A stretch of DNA of 64,000 bases from Diadema antillarum. Lineage: Eukaryota. The notes under the pieces are model-generated. The model had not been told where the DNA came from. It worked only from the letters and a program-made list of their open reading frames with translations, and did not search any database. Position numbers and translations under genes: made by a program. Positions 35,001 through 42,200 of the stretch are shown piece after piece (the stretch's first letter is position 1; every line of letters starts with the position of its first letter). The DNA is taken from NCBI RefSeq assembly GCF_040938485.1, contig NW_027271603.1:62001-126000 (forward strand), read 5' to 3'.

Positions 35001-36825
35001 TCGGTCATCTGCAAACAGTAAACAGTGAGTAAATCCCACTTTGCTGTTACTCTTGAGATAATTTGTGAAGGATATAAAACAAATATACTGGGCCATTGTT
35101 CAAGGCACCAGTTAAACTATGTGCCTTCTTTCAACAGTAGGTCCTACTATTTTTATTGGGGGGGGGGGGAGGGTGGCTGTGCCCATCAGAAAATAGTGCT
35201 ATTCAAGTCACCTCATGCAAATAGTTTTAACCTGAACCTCTCAGGCCTGGTAGATTTCTATAATGAATGAAGGATTATTTGTTTTCAGAGAATGTGTAGT
35301 TTAGTGTGTGAATAAATGTCAGACATCCAAAAGACATACAGCAAAAACATCTATTAGTAATGTATATCATTATACTCCTACAGGAAGATGCTGTGTACAC
35401 TGCCAAACTCAGACATCCTGTTCCATGTGGAAGTGACCTCCGTGACTGTCAACGGTCTGCAGCGTGAGGGCGCACTCCTCCTGACACCAGAAGTCCTGTA
35501 TGTGGTCAGCGTGAGTGAGGATACCCAGCAGTTGACGCTACCACTGTGCGACATCGTTTGCCGACCAATCAGGTTCAACGAGAAAGGGATAAAAATAGTG
35601 ATCAAGAGACAAAAATCACCCCTGTCAGAAAAGGTGAAATATGCTCTCTTTGTTTTTTCCGATCATAAAATGATTGGTACCCACTCTCTCTCCCTTTTCT
35701 CTCTCTTCCTGCATGACAGCGACTTAGTGTAGAGATTTGTCCAGGGCGTTTGTTTTGGGTTAGTTAGGATAGTTATAGGTGTCCATATCTTAGTTTCTTT
35801 TGTTTTTCCACTTTTTATGTATATCAGTCTATCAATCATATAATTTGTTGTGTCATTCCTTTTAGGGAAGTGCACCCTACAAGCACTGCTTTTTAGCATT
35901 CCTCCCCATTTCTAGTATTTCCGTATACTTACAATATTTTGTAATTAAACTTATCCTTTATTATGTATTATGATGAAATTTATGTATATAATTTCTGTAA
36001 GATATATATATGTTTCTGTTGGAAGTGAAAAAAAAATCAATGAATGAGTGAATGATAATACTGTGCTATGGCATTTTATGCCATTTTGATATGTTGTATG
36101 ATGATGAACATTTACTTATTATTCTTTATCTCTCATTGAGAGATGCTGATCATTTTTTGTTGTTGTTATGTTGTTCTAATGAGTGACATTTTCAATTACC
36201 ATTTCCTTGCACTTATTTCCTTTTAAAGGTCATTTTCAAAATATTTTACAAATGGTTAATACTTGCAATATGCTCCAACACCAAGGGTGCATCTGGCATT
36301 AGGTGTGTCAGCTGATAGTAGCAAAGAGGTTGAAGGAGAATTACTGAAATGACACCAATTTTGAAATATTCCAAGCAATTCTGCTAGTGGATACATTTTA
36401 TTTTGTTCTTCTTGTACCTTTGTCTTGGAATTCTTATCCTCCCATTAAAATCCTCCCAGTCTCGTGACCTTTAGACAAGGATACAATGCTAAATGTTTCC
36501 ACTCATCTCTCAATAGACCACTCCTGCTGCTGATAGGGTTGCTGATTACGTTGCTGCCACCTCCGACACGTCGGCCAAGGAAGACGAGTTGACCGTGAGC
36601 TCCGACTCCCCGTCGGAGACCTCGGGTCAGAGTTCACAGGAAGTGGAGCGCACGTACGACTACAACATGCCGGCTTCCCTGCGGGAGTCGTTCCTGGCGC
36701 ATTACTCCTGCGCCAAGGACCGTTTGGCTGGCGTCGGCTTTTGCTACGACGAGTCCGACAATGCCGAGTTCAGCCGCTTCAAGACTTGGCACTTTGCCAG
36801 CAAGCCTAAAGAGGATGCTCCCTAG
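9..36825 (+). CDS. VPS13B: VPS13B (COH1) bridge-like lipid transfer protein, 3' half of gene (27 exons, ~2,050 aa, 5' incomplete)
   Basis: The spliced translation contains segments I recognise from vertebrate VPS13B: DDLRTGAFEY, TWTYPEPR, TPMALAASMQFD, ICNATNQKLRFGQVHTDESI..YSWRSHK, WRNFRWSEPF, VLFSPLFTIQSHLP, ALTLHYTSGALFKAGWAIGSLDLIGNP, LPYEGLTRGPAAFVSG, GAIAGIADQP, LLLTPEVLYVVSVSEDTQQ. Splice phase matches at all 26 junctions I traced by hand. Confidence 0.97.
500..775 (-). mobile_element. Degenerate tRNA-derived SINE, central domain resembling MetaSINE
   Basis: Pol III B-box GGTTCGATTCC on the - strand (705-715), followed by GACATTAAATGGAGGTCC...GTAAAAGATCC (about 570-630), which resembles my recollection of the MetaSINE core. 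Boundaries are approximate. Confidence 0.5.
961..1185 (+). CDS. VPS13B: VPS13B exon 2
   Basis: Poly-T tract + ctcag|GT acceptor; ACAG|gtacg donor; phases 1/1. Confidence 0.85.
1843..2153 (+). CDS. VPS13B: VPS13B exon 3
   Basis: ccctcacag|CT acceptor; AAG|gtaaat donor; phases 1/0; ELFHADSSVQLCDLALK...GPFNFDL. Confidence 0.9.
2496..2700 (+). CDS. VPS13B: VPS13B exon 4
   Basis: caccag|AAG acceptor; GATG|gtgagt donor; phases 0/1; HKDDLRTGAFEYFTD. Confidence 0.92.
3465..3646 (+). CDS. VPS13B: VPS13B exon 5
   Basis: tttctag|GC acceptor; AAG|gtact donor; phases 1/0; GTMTWTYPEPRMDIGLTITPVP. Not in the supplied ORF track. Confidence 0.92.
3937..4118 (+). CDS. VPS13B: VPS13B exon 6
   Basis: cacccag|ATT acceptor; TC|gtgagt donor; phases 0/2; IPCVLLSYEECSQKFRPVREFFVSE. 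Confidence 0.92.
4503..4687 (+). CDS. VPS13B: VPS13B exon 7
   Basis: cccccag|G acceptor; AAAG|gtgggt donor; phases 2/1; TPMALAASMQFD...HLSQLGK. Confidence 0.92.
4714..4976. mobile_element. Degenerate CTGT...ACAG-type MITE
   Basis: Starts actgtaaaa and ends ttttgcagta; its internal ttttgcga/gcaaaa motifs resemble those of the 19,145 copy. Confidence 0.5.
5013..5149 (+). CDS. VPS13B: VPS13B exon 8
   Basis: cttgcag|CC acceptor; AGC|gtgagt donor; phases 1/0; TPEYLAPFTPD. Confidence 0.92.
6041..6244 (+). CDS. VPS13B: VPS13B exon 9
   Basis: ctcgcag|GGA acceptor; CAG|gttggt donor; phases 0/0; VMVGQCTVHTLSKAAEGWAQ. Confidence 0.9.
7139..7303 (+). CDS. VPS13B: VPS13B exon 10 (followed by a GC-AG intron)
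   Basis: tttccag|AAC acceptor; non-canonical donor CAG|gcaagt at 7,304; phases 0/0; YMICNATNQKLRFGQVHTDE...YSWRSHK. Confidence 0.92.
7312..7479. mobile_element. CTGT...ACAG-type MITE, related to 14,512-14,675
   Basis: Shares aattttgtgag..gccaagattcgc and the terminal gttttacagta; begins 8 nt after the GC donor. Confidence 0.6.
8069..8230 (+). CDS. VPS13B: VPS13B exon 11
   Basis: ctgtag|GAG acceptor; CAG|gtgagt donor; phases 0/0; ELHVCMEGWRNFRWSEPF. Confidence 0.93.
8915..9185. repeat. (GAATT)n pentamer microsatellite spanning a 154-N assembly gap (8,986-9,139)
   Basis: Visible directly on both sides of the N run, in the same orientation. Confidence 0.95.
9226..9486 (+). CDS. VPS13B: VPS13B exon 12
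   Basis: aaatcag|GTC acceptor; AAG|gtatgt donor; phases 0/0; VILSGPQKFASQL...EWSEQF. Confidence 0.9.
9556..9695. repeat. Degenerate (GAT/GGT/GAC)n trinucleotide repeat
   Basis: Visible directly; it produces the spurious poly-His and poly-Ser ORFs. Confidence 0.95.
10513..10593 (+). CDS. VPS13B: VPS13B exon 13
   Basis: ccatgcag|GTT acceptor; CTG|gttagt donor; phases 0/0; VPFEDGRKFYFWCQISAFVHGDSVQRL. Confidence 0.88.
11313..11488 (+). CDS. VPS13B: VPS13B exon 14
   Basis: tttcccag|GTT acceptor; GG|gtgaga donor; phases 0/2; VLFSPLFTIQSHLPFPLTIH. Confidence 0.92.
11719..11875. mobile_element. Decayed Tc1/mariner-pogo-type MITE (TA CAGTCAAACCTG...)
   Basis: TA+cagtcaaacctgtcta at the left end; gcagatttgact at the right end is a partial inverted match. 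Confidence 0.45.
12455..12616 (+). CDS. VPS13B: VPS13B exon 15
   Basis: gaccag|G acceptor; TG|gtgtgt donor; phases 2/2; EATSTQPAVCVSTEM...SWPY. Confidence 0.82.
13000..13249 (+). CDS. VPS13B: VPS13B exon 16
   Basis: tttttgcag|C acceptor; ACA|gtgagt donor; phases 2/0; TIRIEVMPWCLFVNE...VAPP. Confidence 0.92.
13645..13830 (+). CDS. VPS13B: VPS13B exon 17
   Basis: ctgccag|GGC acceptor; AAG|gtgaat donor; phases 0/0. Confidence 0.85.
14512..14675. mobile_element. MITE with TA TSD, termini CTGTAAAAC...GTTTTACAG
   Basis: TA|ctgtaaaac ... gttttacag|TA; related copies at 7,312, 37,942 (5' fragment) and 61,598. Confidence 0.75.
14787..14921 (+). CDS. VPS13B: VPS13B exon 18
   Basis: cttcttcag|ACT acceptor; AAG|gtggct donor; phases 0/0; TRIITVKPRFVFANKS. 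Confidence 0.88.
15267..15646. mobile_element. TTAA-flanked MITE with AGGG termini (Kolobok-like)
   Basis: TTAA|agggatcgtacagttttggttgaga ... tctccaccaatactgtaccatccct|TTAA; 25-bp TIR with 3 mismatches. Confidence 0.8.
15870..16097 (+). CDS. VPS13B: VPS13B exon 19
   Basis: Long CT tract + tttag|ACA acceptor; CCA|gtaagt donor; phases 0/0; TPLLQWD...EWSAWV. Confidence 0.88.
16736..16898 (+). CDS. VPS13B: VPS13B exon 20
   Basis: cattccag|ACC acceptor; GAAA|gtgagt donor; phases 0/1; YQYEGVTHVTVDDDPSPKMLVINKC. Confidence 0.9.
17010..17100 (-). mobile_element. Non-LTR retroposon 3' tail remnant with (TTA)n tail; similar remnant in + orientation near 2,937-3,010
   Basis: (aat)n followed by ttataaaacgcac...ctcaaggcgct, the reverse of a LINE/SINE tail; gcgcctttga...ggcgctatacaaatgc(atc)n at about 2.94-3.01 kb. 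Confidence 0.4.
17747..18934 (+). CDS. VPS13B: VPS13B exon 21 (1,188 bp)
   Basis: tttccag|AT acceptor; GCAG|gtaatt donor; phases 1/1; LQLTVNSLQIDNQ...YDFPVI...ALTLHYTSGALFKA. Confidence 0.96.
19145..19384. mobile_element. MITE with TA TSD and 25-bp TIR (CTGTATACGCCA...)
   Basis: TA|ctgtatacgccatatatttcgcgag ... ctcacgaaatatttggcgtatacag|TA; a clearly homologous copy lies at 52,362-52,609. Confidence 0.88.
20099..21334 (+). mobile_element. Non-autonomous Helentron/HINE (DINE-1-like) element
   Basis: Starts in a T-run. 5' subTIR ACCCACGCC (20,104-20,112) followed by a GCCGAT..ATCGGC hairpin and (GTTT)n at 20,151-20,196. 3' subTIR GGCGTGGGT (21,297-21,305), a GCCG..CGGC stem, and a CTAG-TT end (21,329-21,334). 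Confidence 0.7.
21475..21651 (+). CDS. VPS13B: VPS13B exon 22
   Basis: aaacag|GT acceptor; GCAG|gtgtgg donor; phases 1/1; WAIGSLDLIGNP...LPYEGLTRGPAAFVSG. Confidence 0.96.
22380..22550 (+). CDS. VPS13B: VPS13B exon 23
   Basis: catccag|GC acceptor; CTTG|gtatgc donor; phases 1/1; TLTSITKFASSVSRNLDRLSLD. Confidence 0.96.
22695..23022. mobile_element. PIF/Harbinger-like MITE with ~100-bp TIRs
   Basis: GGCCTGAATTCATGAAGGTGGTACAAATG... and its near-perfect reverse complement; flanks TAA / TGA (TWA-like, 1 mismatch). Confidence 0.85.
23333..23806. mobile_element. TTAA-flanked element with AGGCA termini (Kolobok-like, non-autonomous)
   Basis: TTAA|aggca ... tgcct|TTAA; the interior is CpG-rich against an AT-rich intron. 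Confidence 0.6.
23981..24163 (+). CDS. VPS13B: VPS13B exon 24 (ATG2_C-like region)
   Basis: ctcctag|GT acceptor; CAAG|gtaggt donor; phases 1/1; AIAGIADQPL...GVGKGLVGAVVKPLGGAAELVAQTGQ. Confidence 0.96.
25222..26422. repeat. ~71-bp degenerate tandem repeat, ~17 copies (left part)
   Basis: Recurrent unit like ttcggaaatgaataacrgtaacattcrgctccgtacgatgctaaaataaatgtcggatgtttgctttta. Confidence 0.9.
26621..26738. repeat. DIRS internal complementary region (ICR)
   Basis: 26,621-26,698 is the exact reverse complement of 26,423-26,500; 26,696-26,738 is the exact reverse complement of 31,508-31,550. Confidence 0.95.
26920..27897 (-). CDS. DIRS tyrosine recombinase (325 aa from TTG; first ATG 19 codons in)
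   Basis: Catalytic set intact: AQRIQSL (R), HSTRAAS (HxxR), AGW, FRKYY (Y); SAM-like N-terminal domain FLEFLSD..GAGYSVINLARSALS. Confidence 0.95.
   Translation of the reverse strand: MQVLCKPFRDAGLNARITAVMASSWRKGTKKQYAVYINKWKAFCDKKCSNYLYSDVQAILEFLSDIFFDKGAGYSVINLARSALSSFVILRDTMFTVGNHPFIQRFMKGVFQLRPPKPRYMEMWDVNLVFNFLRSWSPAHILDLKKLTLKLCVIIALISAQRIQSLHYLSLDGMVLRDNAVTFHLHDLLKQSKPGNYSHSVKLQAYPPDRRLCVVRYLQEYISRTRRIRASERYLFVSYKKPYHRVSSQTIARWIKEVLEAAGIDTEIYKAHSTRAASTSAANKGNFPVSKILAQAGWANERTFRKYYNKPCPAEKTFVETIIKK
27858..28381 (-). CDS. End of RNase H plus DNA N6-adenine methyltransferase-like domain (frameshifted C-terminus of DIRS pol)
   Basis: HLPGKLNVEADRMSR (last RNase H Asp), PEIDLFAS (28,224-28,238), DAFTLDW, YAFPPF (28,107-28,124), VVPKWPSQPWFP. 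Confidence 0.9.
28346..29992 (-). CDS. DIRS reverse transcriptase / RNase H (ends early because of a 1-bp deletion near 28,380)
   Basis: VGGRLKQF, SNIFTRPKKDGGTRVILDL, SVDLRDAYY, LPNGLSTAPRLFTK, YLDD (29,156-29,167), TDASGKGWG, INYLE, DNSTAVAYIN. Confidence 0.96.
   Translation of the reverse strand: MDWSYQPCFFRPAPQGEGEAVGSPHLHTSQPAPTALRQQAGLRDEESTITSSSTDEVNMTSDSSDYAKLCHNNVEPMVGGRLKQFLPKWRKITSDPHVLNAVSGYRLEFSKQMGAPSRTKPPYLFRCNKAEEADIDLEISKLHDKGVIEPCQMETGEFVSNIFTRPKKDGGTRVILDLSDLNKYLQYQHFKMENIHTAIELISENSFLASVDLRDAYYTVPVHPTHRKFLRFSWKNQLWQFKVLPNGLSTAPRLFTKLLEPVFTLLREQEHVVIGYLDDVLIIGESENQTLQTVFETTSILAQLGFLVHPEKSVLCPTQEIQFLGFILNTQAMTIRLPDNKSEEIQSLCNELMQMANPSIRQVARIIGKMVASFPAVQYGQLYYRALERDKIKALKMNKGHFDRKMSLSLEAKQELQWWTDNVQSTFSPLRHPKPMLELCTDASGKGWGASDHTTHTGGRWNEDELQKARENKINYLETLAAGMGLKSFCSNSQNIHVLLRLDNSTAVAYINNMGGIKSLDCDRAAREIWQWCETRKIGSLQHTCQES
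29845..31293 (-). CDS. DIRS ORF1 (gag-like, 482 aa)
   Basis: Uninterrupted ORF at the element's 5' end overlapping pol by 148 bp; low-complexity N-terminus, coiled coil (STLEDRLGKLEGQL), and PSNCELVDVPKVNQRIW...DLKFQRLQ...FLFGDDL typical of DIRS ORF1. Confidence 0.88.
   Translation of the reverse strand: MSSTNVPNVGGAAAPPLLTAVASPAATGGGRGDQHAQECKQKTATAKGKTPTRAGKAGTSNSTTTTSSANPSGSTGANKTVKPPAKLASKVSTLEDRLGKLEGQLAVVVQFVEAQSAKQTPAREGGGNGKSIRTRSEYSPSDSADTDCHYDDEYAAPFLGRDMDENSVIIQPGQGDSRDDKFDIEEGEVPPSVVEKVPNIAAKFAVAEEVGPPIDPEIAKSTAYLLTHQLEPKVVDETITKYPIPSNCELVDVPKVNQRIWNGLPAFSKTRDLKFQRLQKNLTRGINAYIHTVSAQDITEQQQDALALLCSANFELNSLRKEFMKPDIGYQFQHLCKPSTPVSKFLFGDDLGRQMKDIRDEQKATEGVLRSEHSRQYKKQRFSPYDYGRSAYGKGRSKITSGSSNLPQQYRDAGWTTSRASTSDVTRPTGAKGPWTGATSHAFLGQRPKGRGKPSAPHTFTHPSQHQPHCGSKQGSGMKRAR
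31551..31775. repeat. ~71-bp tandem repeat, ~3 copies (continues after the DIRS insertion)
   Basis: Same unit (gctccgtaagattctaaaatgaatgtcggttgtttgctttta) resumes directly after the DIRS terminus. Confidence 0.85.
33078..33180 (+). CDS. VPS13B: VPS13B exon 25
   Basis: tacccag|GA acceptor; TG|gtgaga donor; phases 1/2; ILHGTGL...NSRLKYAW. Confidence 0.93.
33608..34041. mobile_element. pogo/Tigger-like MITE with TA TSD and 24-bp TIR
   Basis: TA|cagttcgacctcgattatccggcc ... ggctggataatcgaggtcgaactg|TA (1 mismatch). Confidence 0.88.
35384..35633 (+). CDS. VPS13B: VPS13B exon 26 (PH-like region)
   Basis: cctacag|G acceptor; AAG|gtgaaa donor; phases 2/0; EGALLLTPEVLYVVSVSEDTQQ. Confidence 0.95.
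36517..36825 (+). CDS. VPS13B: VPS13B terminal coding exon 27
   Basis: tcaatag|ACC acceptor, phase 0; DRVADYV...TYDYNM...FLAHY; TAG at 36,823-36,825. Confidence 0.9.
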   Translation, partial: TTPAADRVADYVAATSDTSAKEDELTVSSDSPSETSGQSSQEVERTYDYNMPASLRESFLAHYSCAKDRLAGVGFCYDESDNAEFSRFKTWHFASKPKEDAP

Positions 36826-37424
36826 AGGGTCATAAAGACACATTTTTATGTGCTCAGGGACACATAAGACTTTTCAGGTTGGGTCACTGTCCTTCCTTAG
36901 GATTTTTGTTGCCAAAAGTCTCACCATTCTAAAAAACAAGTCCTAACATGCCATAATGTACATTAATCCGTTCTGTGTGTGTTTGCAGCAGGGTTCGGAT
37001 ATTTTCATCAAACTGTGCAATAATAGTTTGAGCATCCACCCCATTTTATTTATTTTTTTTATTTCAGGTTTTGTTTGTTTGTTTGTGTGTTTGTTTGTTT
37101 GTTTGTTTGTTTGTTTGGGGGGGGGGGGGGTGATTTGGTGCTCCAAGATACCTAAAGAGTGACTTCATTGTGCAGCTTACCTTGTATTTTACCACACACA
37201 ATCAGCATCATTTTATAATGATCAGAGCCTGACACTGAAATAGGTTTAGATTGGCTGTTACAAGCTCAACAGTATTTTATTGTTTAAAGTCATTCCCAAT
37301 GTTTTGGCATTTGAACCTTGTACTTAACTTCACATTCTCTGTAACTTAATGTATGTATTGCAGGTATGTAGGCTTTGCTCTAATGATTTCAAAGAATGGA
37401 GGATAAACAACAAGACTATGTTAA

Positions 37425-37649
37425 AGGGATGGTATAGTTTTGGTTGAGATGGGGGATGTAGATTTCAACTTTGTGTTAGATAACTAGAAACCACTTACGA
37501 AATAATAAAGAGCCAACAATTCTAAAAATTAACATTGAATTCTTCTTAGAATAGTGTGCTCTTTCATATCTCATAAGAGGTTTCTCATTATTGTACACAC
37601 AAAAAAGTTGGAAATGTGAAGCCCATCTCAACCAAAGCAATACCATCCT
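37425..37649. mobile_element. TTAA-flanked MITE, same family as 15,267-15,646
   Basis: TTAA|agggatggtatagttttggttgagatggg ... cccatctcaaccaaagcaataccatcct|TTAA. Confidence 0.8.
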
Positions 37650-38406
37650 TTAAACCTCTCGAGCAGCATGAGGCAATGTGATGCTGCTTATGAGTCATTT
37701 CTCCTGACTCCTTGGAAGAGGCAACCACCAATTCTTTCTGGTCAACATAGAACTCCGTACTGGAAGCTATGTTCTTACGAATATTTGTCGTTGTTTTGGG
37801 GTTTTACTTTGTTTTTTGTTGTTGTTGGGTTTTTTGTTTTTTTTGTTTTTTTTTTTTGGGGGGGGGGGGTATTTTCATGGGCTCAACACCATTCCCTCCT
37901 TAAAAAAATGTCTCCCAATATTTTACAACAATCATAGTGTATACTGTAAAACGAGGAATGTTCATATGCTCATATGCTTTCTTTTTGCCCTGACAATCTT
38001 GCGTTCTAGGCAAGCTAATGTTCAAACCAAACATAAAGAGCGTGACCAACACCCTCTACCTTCCCGACACATTTTTATTTTCTCTTTCCTTTCCCCTTTT
38101 CACAATCCATCACAGTGCGATCCATTGCTAGCCAATTCCTAGAACATCTGATCCCGAGTTGGTCTTGTCAGAATCCTCGTTGGGAGGGCCTGACATTGCC
38201 ATCGTCCCCCAGGGTTTACCTCTCACTGGTGGAGCCAGTGTTATCCCAATAGACTGCTCCACTTCCTTTAGAGTCTCCAGTGACAAGACTTCCTGTATAT
38301 CTTCAGAAAAGCCTTTTGGAACCTGATCCTTCTGGGGTCTCATAATTTAGCTCCTCATTCAACTAGGAGCTGGAGAACTGCTCACTGTCTTTCCAAAGGC
38401 CATCTT

Positions 38407-38730
38407 TTATTTGCCTATCAAAGCTAATAAAGCAGATCTCCCCCCCCCCCCCCCCCCCCCCCTGTCTGGGATTACATTTGTCTTGAATTCCTTCCCTCCC
38501 AGGGCCTGGACCAGTTGATTAGTGTCCATTGTCACTGGGCCACCGTTGCTGCTAGTTGTCCCAGACTGGGTCAAGAAGTACTTCACATCAGCACTCTCCA
38601 TGTTTCCTTTGCTTTTAGTCCTCTGCTTAGGACACACTGAGCCATTACTCAGTGTTCCTGACTTGCAGCATATTCTGCTAACAGGAACTTCAATATCCAG
38701 TTCCATTGAGGGTCCTTTTGTTACAAGGGT
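38407..38730 (-). CDS. Candidate exon of an uncharacterised - strand gene (TLVTKGPSMELDIEVPVSRICCK...)
   Basis: Polypyrimidine tract at about 38,745-38,780 on the - strand; a phase-0 acceptor tttag|ACC would join the 44,373 donor; coding-like composition. No homology recognised, and a competing AG 12 nt upstream would give an early stop. Confidence 0.35.
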   Translation of the reverse strand, partial: TLVTKGPSMELDIEVPVSRICCKSGTLSNGSVCPKQRTKSKGNMESADVKYFLTQSGTTSSNGGPVTMDTNQLVQALGGKEFKTNVIPDRGGGGGGGRSALLALIGK

Positions 38731-39087
38731 CTAAACTTTACTCTGATAATTGGCAGAAGGGAGGAGAAACAACAAGACATTGTTAGCACCATGAGGCAAC
38801 GTGATGTTGGCACTCCTGCCTTATGAGTAATTTCCCCTGATTTCTTGAAAGAAACAAACTTTCAAAGATTGGAAATCATTTTGGAAGCTTCCTTCTTACT
38901 AAAAAAAGAAAAAAAAAGGGGGGGGGAGGCAATTTTCTCAGGCTCACCATATGTGATGACAGATTTTATATCAACTCTTGAGCTGTTGGCATCAGTTTTC
39001 TACGGTAAGATCATTGGCTGTTCGAGTAAAAATGTGTTGCTTTGTGTATGAAAGGGTTATTGTACGTATATACTTCTTGTTAAGTCC

Positions 39088-39296
39088 ATGACATTTGTTC
39101 CTGCAGCAACTGCTCCCATGAAATATCTGCACGCTAAGCCGAACATAAATTCTACCCACATACATAACCCTAACCCTAATCCTACTCCTCACATCAAACC
39201 AAACCTAAACCTTATCACAACCCTAAACCTAACCCTAAGTCCTTGGAGATAATAACACTTTTAAGCAATTTTCGCAGGAGCAATTGTTGTGTCACC
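39088..39296. mobile_element. Short TIR element with internal telomere-like (CCCTAA)n repeats
   Basis: gacatttgttcctgcagcaactgctc ... gcaattttcgcaggagcaattgttgtgtc imperfect inverted ends; aaccct/aaacct units at 39,165-39,238. Confidence 0.6.
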
Positions 39297-42200
39297 TTCT
39301 TTTTAGGTTTTAATATTCGCTAAATGTAACGATTATTATGAACTGTTCCACAAAAAATATATAAGCAAAAGTAAGTTGACCTTTTTGGGATGCAGAAAAA
39401 AATCTTAACATTTGACAATTAGTTTATAATTAAGCTGTATTACCAATAAACGTATACAGCTCGTAGATGCAAACAAAAATAATAATTTCTGGATTATTTG
39501 GGGAAAAAATACTGCCTTTAAAATCATGCATAATCATTTGTTGTGGTTCTTCTTTGTACTGGTAATAGTGGGTACCAGAATACTGAATTTTCTTCTTCTT
39601 TTTTTTTTTTCGGTGTTTAGTAATTGCGTTTTCTGCCAGATGGAAGATTTCATTTATCTAATTGTTGATGGGTATGTAAATGTGTATTATTGCCAACTGT
39701 ACAAGAAAATAGAAAATATGATTAATCAAACTTGACTCTAACTTATTTCACAATTTCATCAATAGGTATATTGAACTCTCAGAGTAACTGTAAATAATTA
39801 AAGAGATTATTTATTTATGAAAGCACTTGATTTGTCTGAAATCATTACATACGTACATCTCCAGTGATAAATGGTAGGTATGATTTGTTGGTTTTGTCTT
39901 CCAAAGAATTGGTTATCACATGTAAGAATGTGTTTGTAAGCTGTTGTATCTTGAAAAAAAAAGTATTTATATACTTGGAAGAAGACATTTAGGATAACCA
40001 TGTCATTCAAGATCACATTGTGAAAGAAAAAAAAGTGTGTCAGCAAAATATGGTACTAATATGCTGCAAATAGCTGACCGATAGTGATAGATTTTCACAG
40101 CTCATTTCTTTAGGTCAACAGGACTTCTCATTGTGCTAGATATGTCACAAGGGTTATTGTTACATTCTAAAGATGGCAAAGGTACACTGAAAGTGATAGA
40201 ATGTGAGCTATGTACTAGATAAGTCAAGTTTCATGTGTGTTCTTGGGAAGTCATTCTGTATAATTGTAACATGAGATGAAGTGCATGCAGTTGGAATATA
40301 AAGGAAGTTACCATATTGTGGGCAGTGCAATACATTTTCCGCTTCTTATCTCCATACCAAAAAATGCTTGAGGCATTATCATTTTCAGAAGCAAAGTAAT
40401 GTAGAGAAAGTCAAGAATCAAGTCTAATTTTGAGAACCAGTATTTTGTCATTGTTGATTTTCTGTGATGAAGACCTGTAATGTATCAGCCTTACAGCCAA
40501 ATTTGCAGATAAGTTGATGCCAACACATACTTTGCTGTGCTGTACACTAGTGAGATGCTATAGATTTGTTTCATTCTTGGGAATGGAAAGAAATCCACTG
40601 TCACACATCTCACATATCTAATTTTCAAATATTAGTATACCACATGTTGCGTATTTATTTGGGGAATAATGACATATGTAGAACAGCGGTATTTGTTCAA
40701 ATTTTCATTTTGCCATGTGCCAGAATCTTACAAAAAGAATGCTTTTTCATGTGAAAATATCTTATCAGAAGAAATTTAAATTCTTGGCAAGTTTTCTTGT
40801 GATGTCAGTGACTTTTGTCATGGCACAAGAGTCGTATATTGCATGTTAAAGTGCACTACTGTGAAGATTAAAGTGCAAAATTGCTTTAATGACTTGTATA
40901 ATCATATGAAAATTCTTCCAGAAGTCCATCAAGCTGAGACATTACTTGTGCAAGACAGATAGTGTATTACCATTTTACGAATGATTTTCTAACACTTTTT
41001 CAACACCAGAATATAATATTTGGAACAGGGAAAAAAAATTAAGAAAGAATTGATAGTGTTTGATGCTGAGAGATGTTCCATTATCAATACCAGAAGGAAC
41101 TTGTACACTTTAAGGTTTATGTAGTGTTTTGCAGTTTTGTAATTTACTATCAGAAGAAAATTGACCAGTCGTTCTAAAAAAAGAACTGAGTTGTAAAAGT
41201 GAAACTTAGAAAAGTACTTTGGACAAAATTGTTATACAAACTCGTTGACTGGTACGGTGACTGTCTTCCTTTATTTGTTCATTAAGTTTAACAGATGAGC
41301 AGTTTATGTCGAAGAAGAAATTTAGTAAGTTTGGAAGAAAAATGAAATTTGTAAACACTGTACAGTATTACTCTCGAGCCAGTGCTCAGAAAAAGTGTCA
41401 CAATCAGTGAGTTTTAAGTATGGAATTGTATGTGTAATTTTCATTTCTCTCTCGGCTTAGGTGTGAAATATTGTAGCAGTGCCTTGCATCGTACAGAACT
41501 GTGTATTTGTTTCCAAATCCAGATGGCAATATACTTTGTCAATTTTATACCGTTGTATAAGGTAAAATGATGACATTCATTCTGTTTGGTGCAGTACATG
41601 TCCCAAACTTTGGCCGGTATTAATACATTGTGAAATTGTTACAACCTGCAATGTTTGCTGTGAATTCTGAATTTAATTTGTTACCATGCTACCCTCATCA
41701 AATTTCAGTGTTAAAGCTGATAATCTGATAAGCTAAGAAATTTGATATATGTTGAATTTCAAAAATTTGACATCAAATCCTTCCCTACATGTTGAATTTC
41801 ATAGTTTTTGAAGTTCAGCATTTTTTAAATTCAATATGTTTCGTTTTCATGAAGCATGTCCTAATGATGTTTTGAACCGTCCTGGTGTTTGTTATAAATT
41901 CCTAATTTCAATACACCTAATGGCATCTATCCTTTGAGCTAATTTTCCCGAAAGTATGTTTATCTGGTGGCTTGCTTTTTTCTCCTTTTTTAAATCAACT
42001 TTTTGAAGTAGCACAAATTACAGTGTATATGTCACAGGAAATCTTAAAGTCAAATGTCAAAGTCTGACATGTGAAAATTAAGTCCAGGGACTTTATCAGG
42101 CTTCACGATTTGTCATCTTATAGTGTTTTATTTTTTTTTCCCTTGTTGTATTTATATGATATAATTTGTATTCATTTCTTTATAGACACACTAAAGAAGA

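Noticed and set aside
39165-39240. Telomere or chromosome-fusion remnant
   Set aside because: Short, degenerate, single orientation and enclosed by inverted ends, which is better explained as the interior of a small TE.
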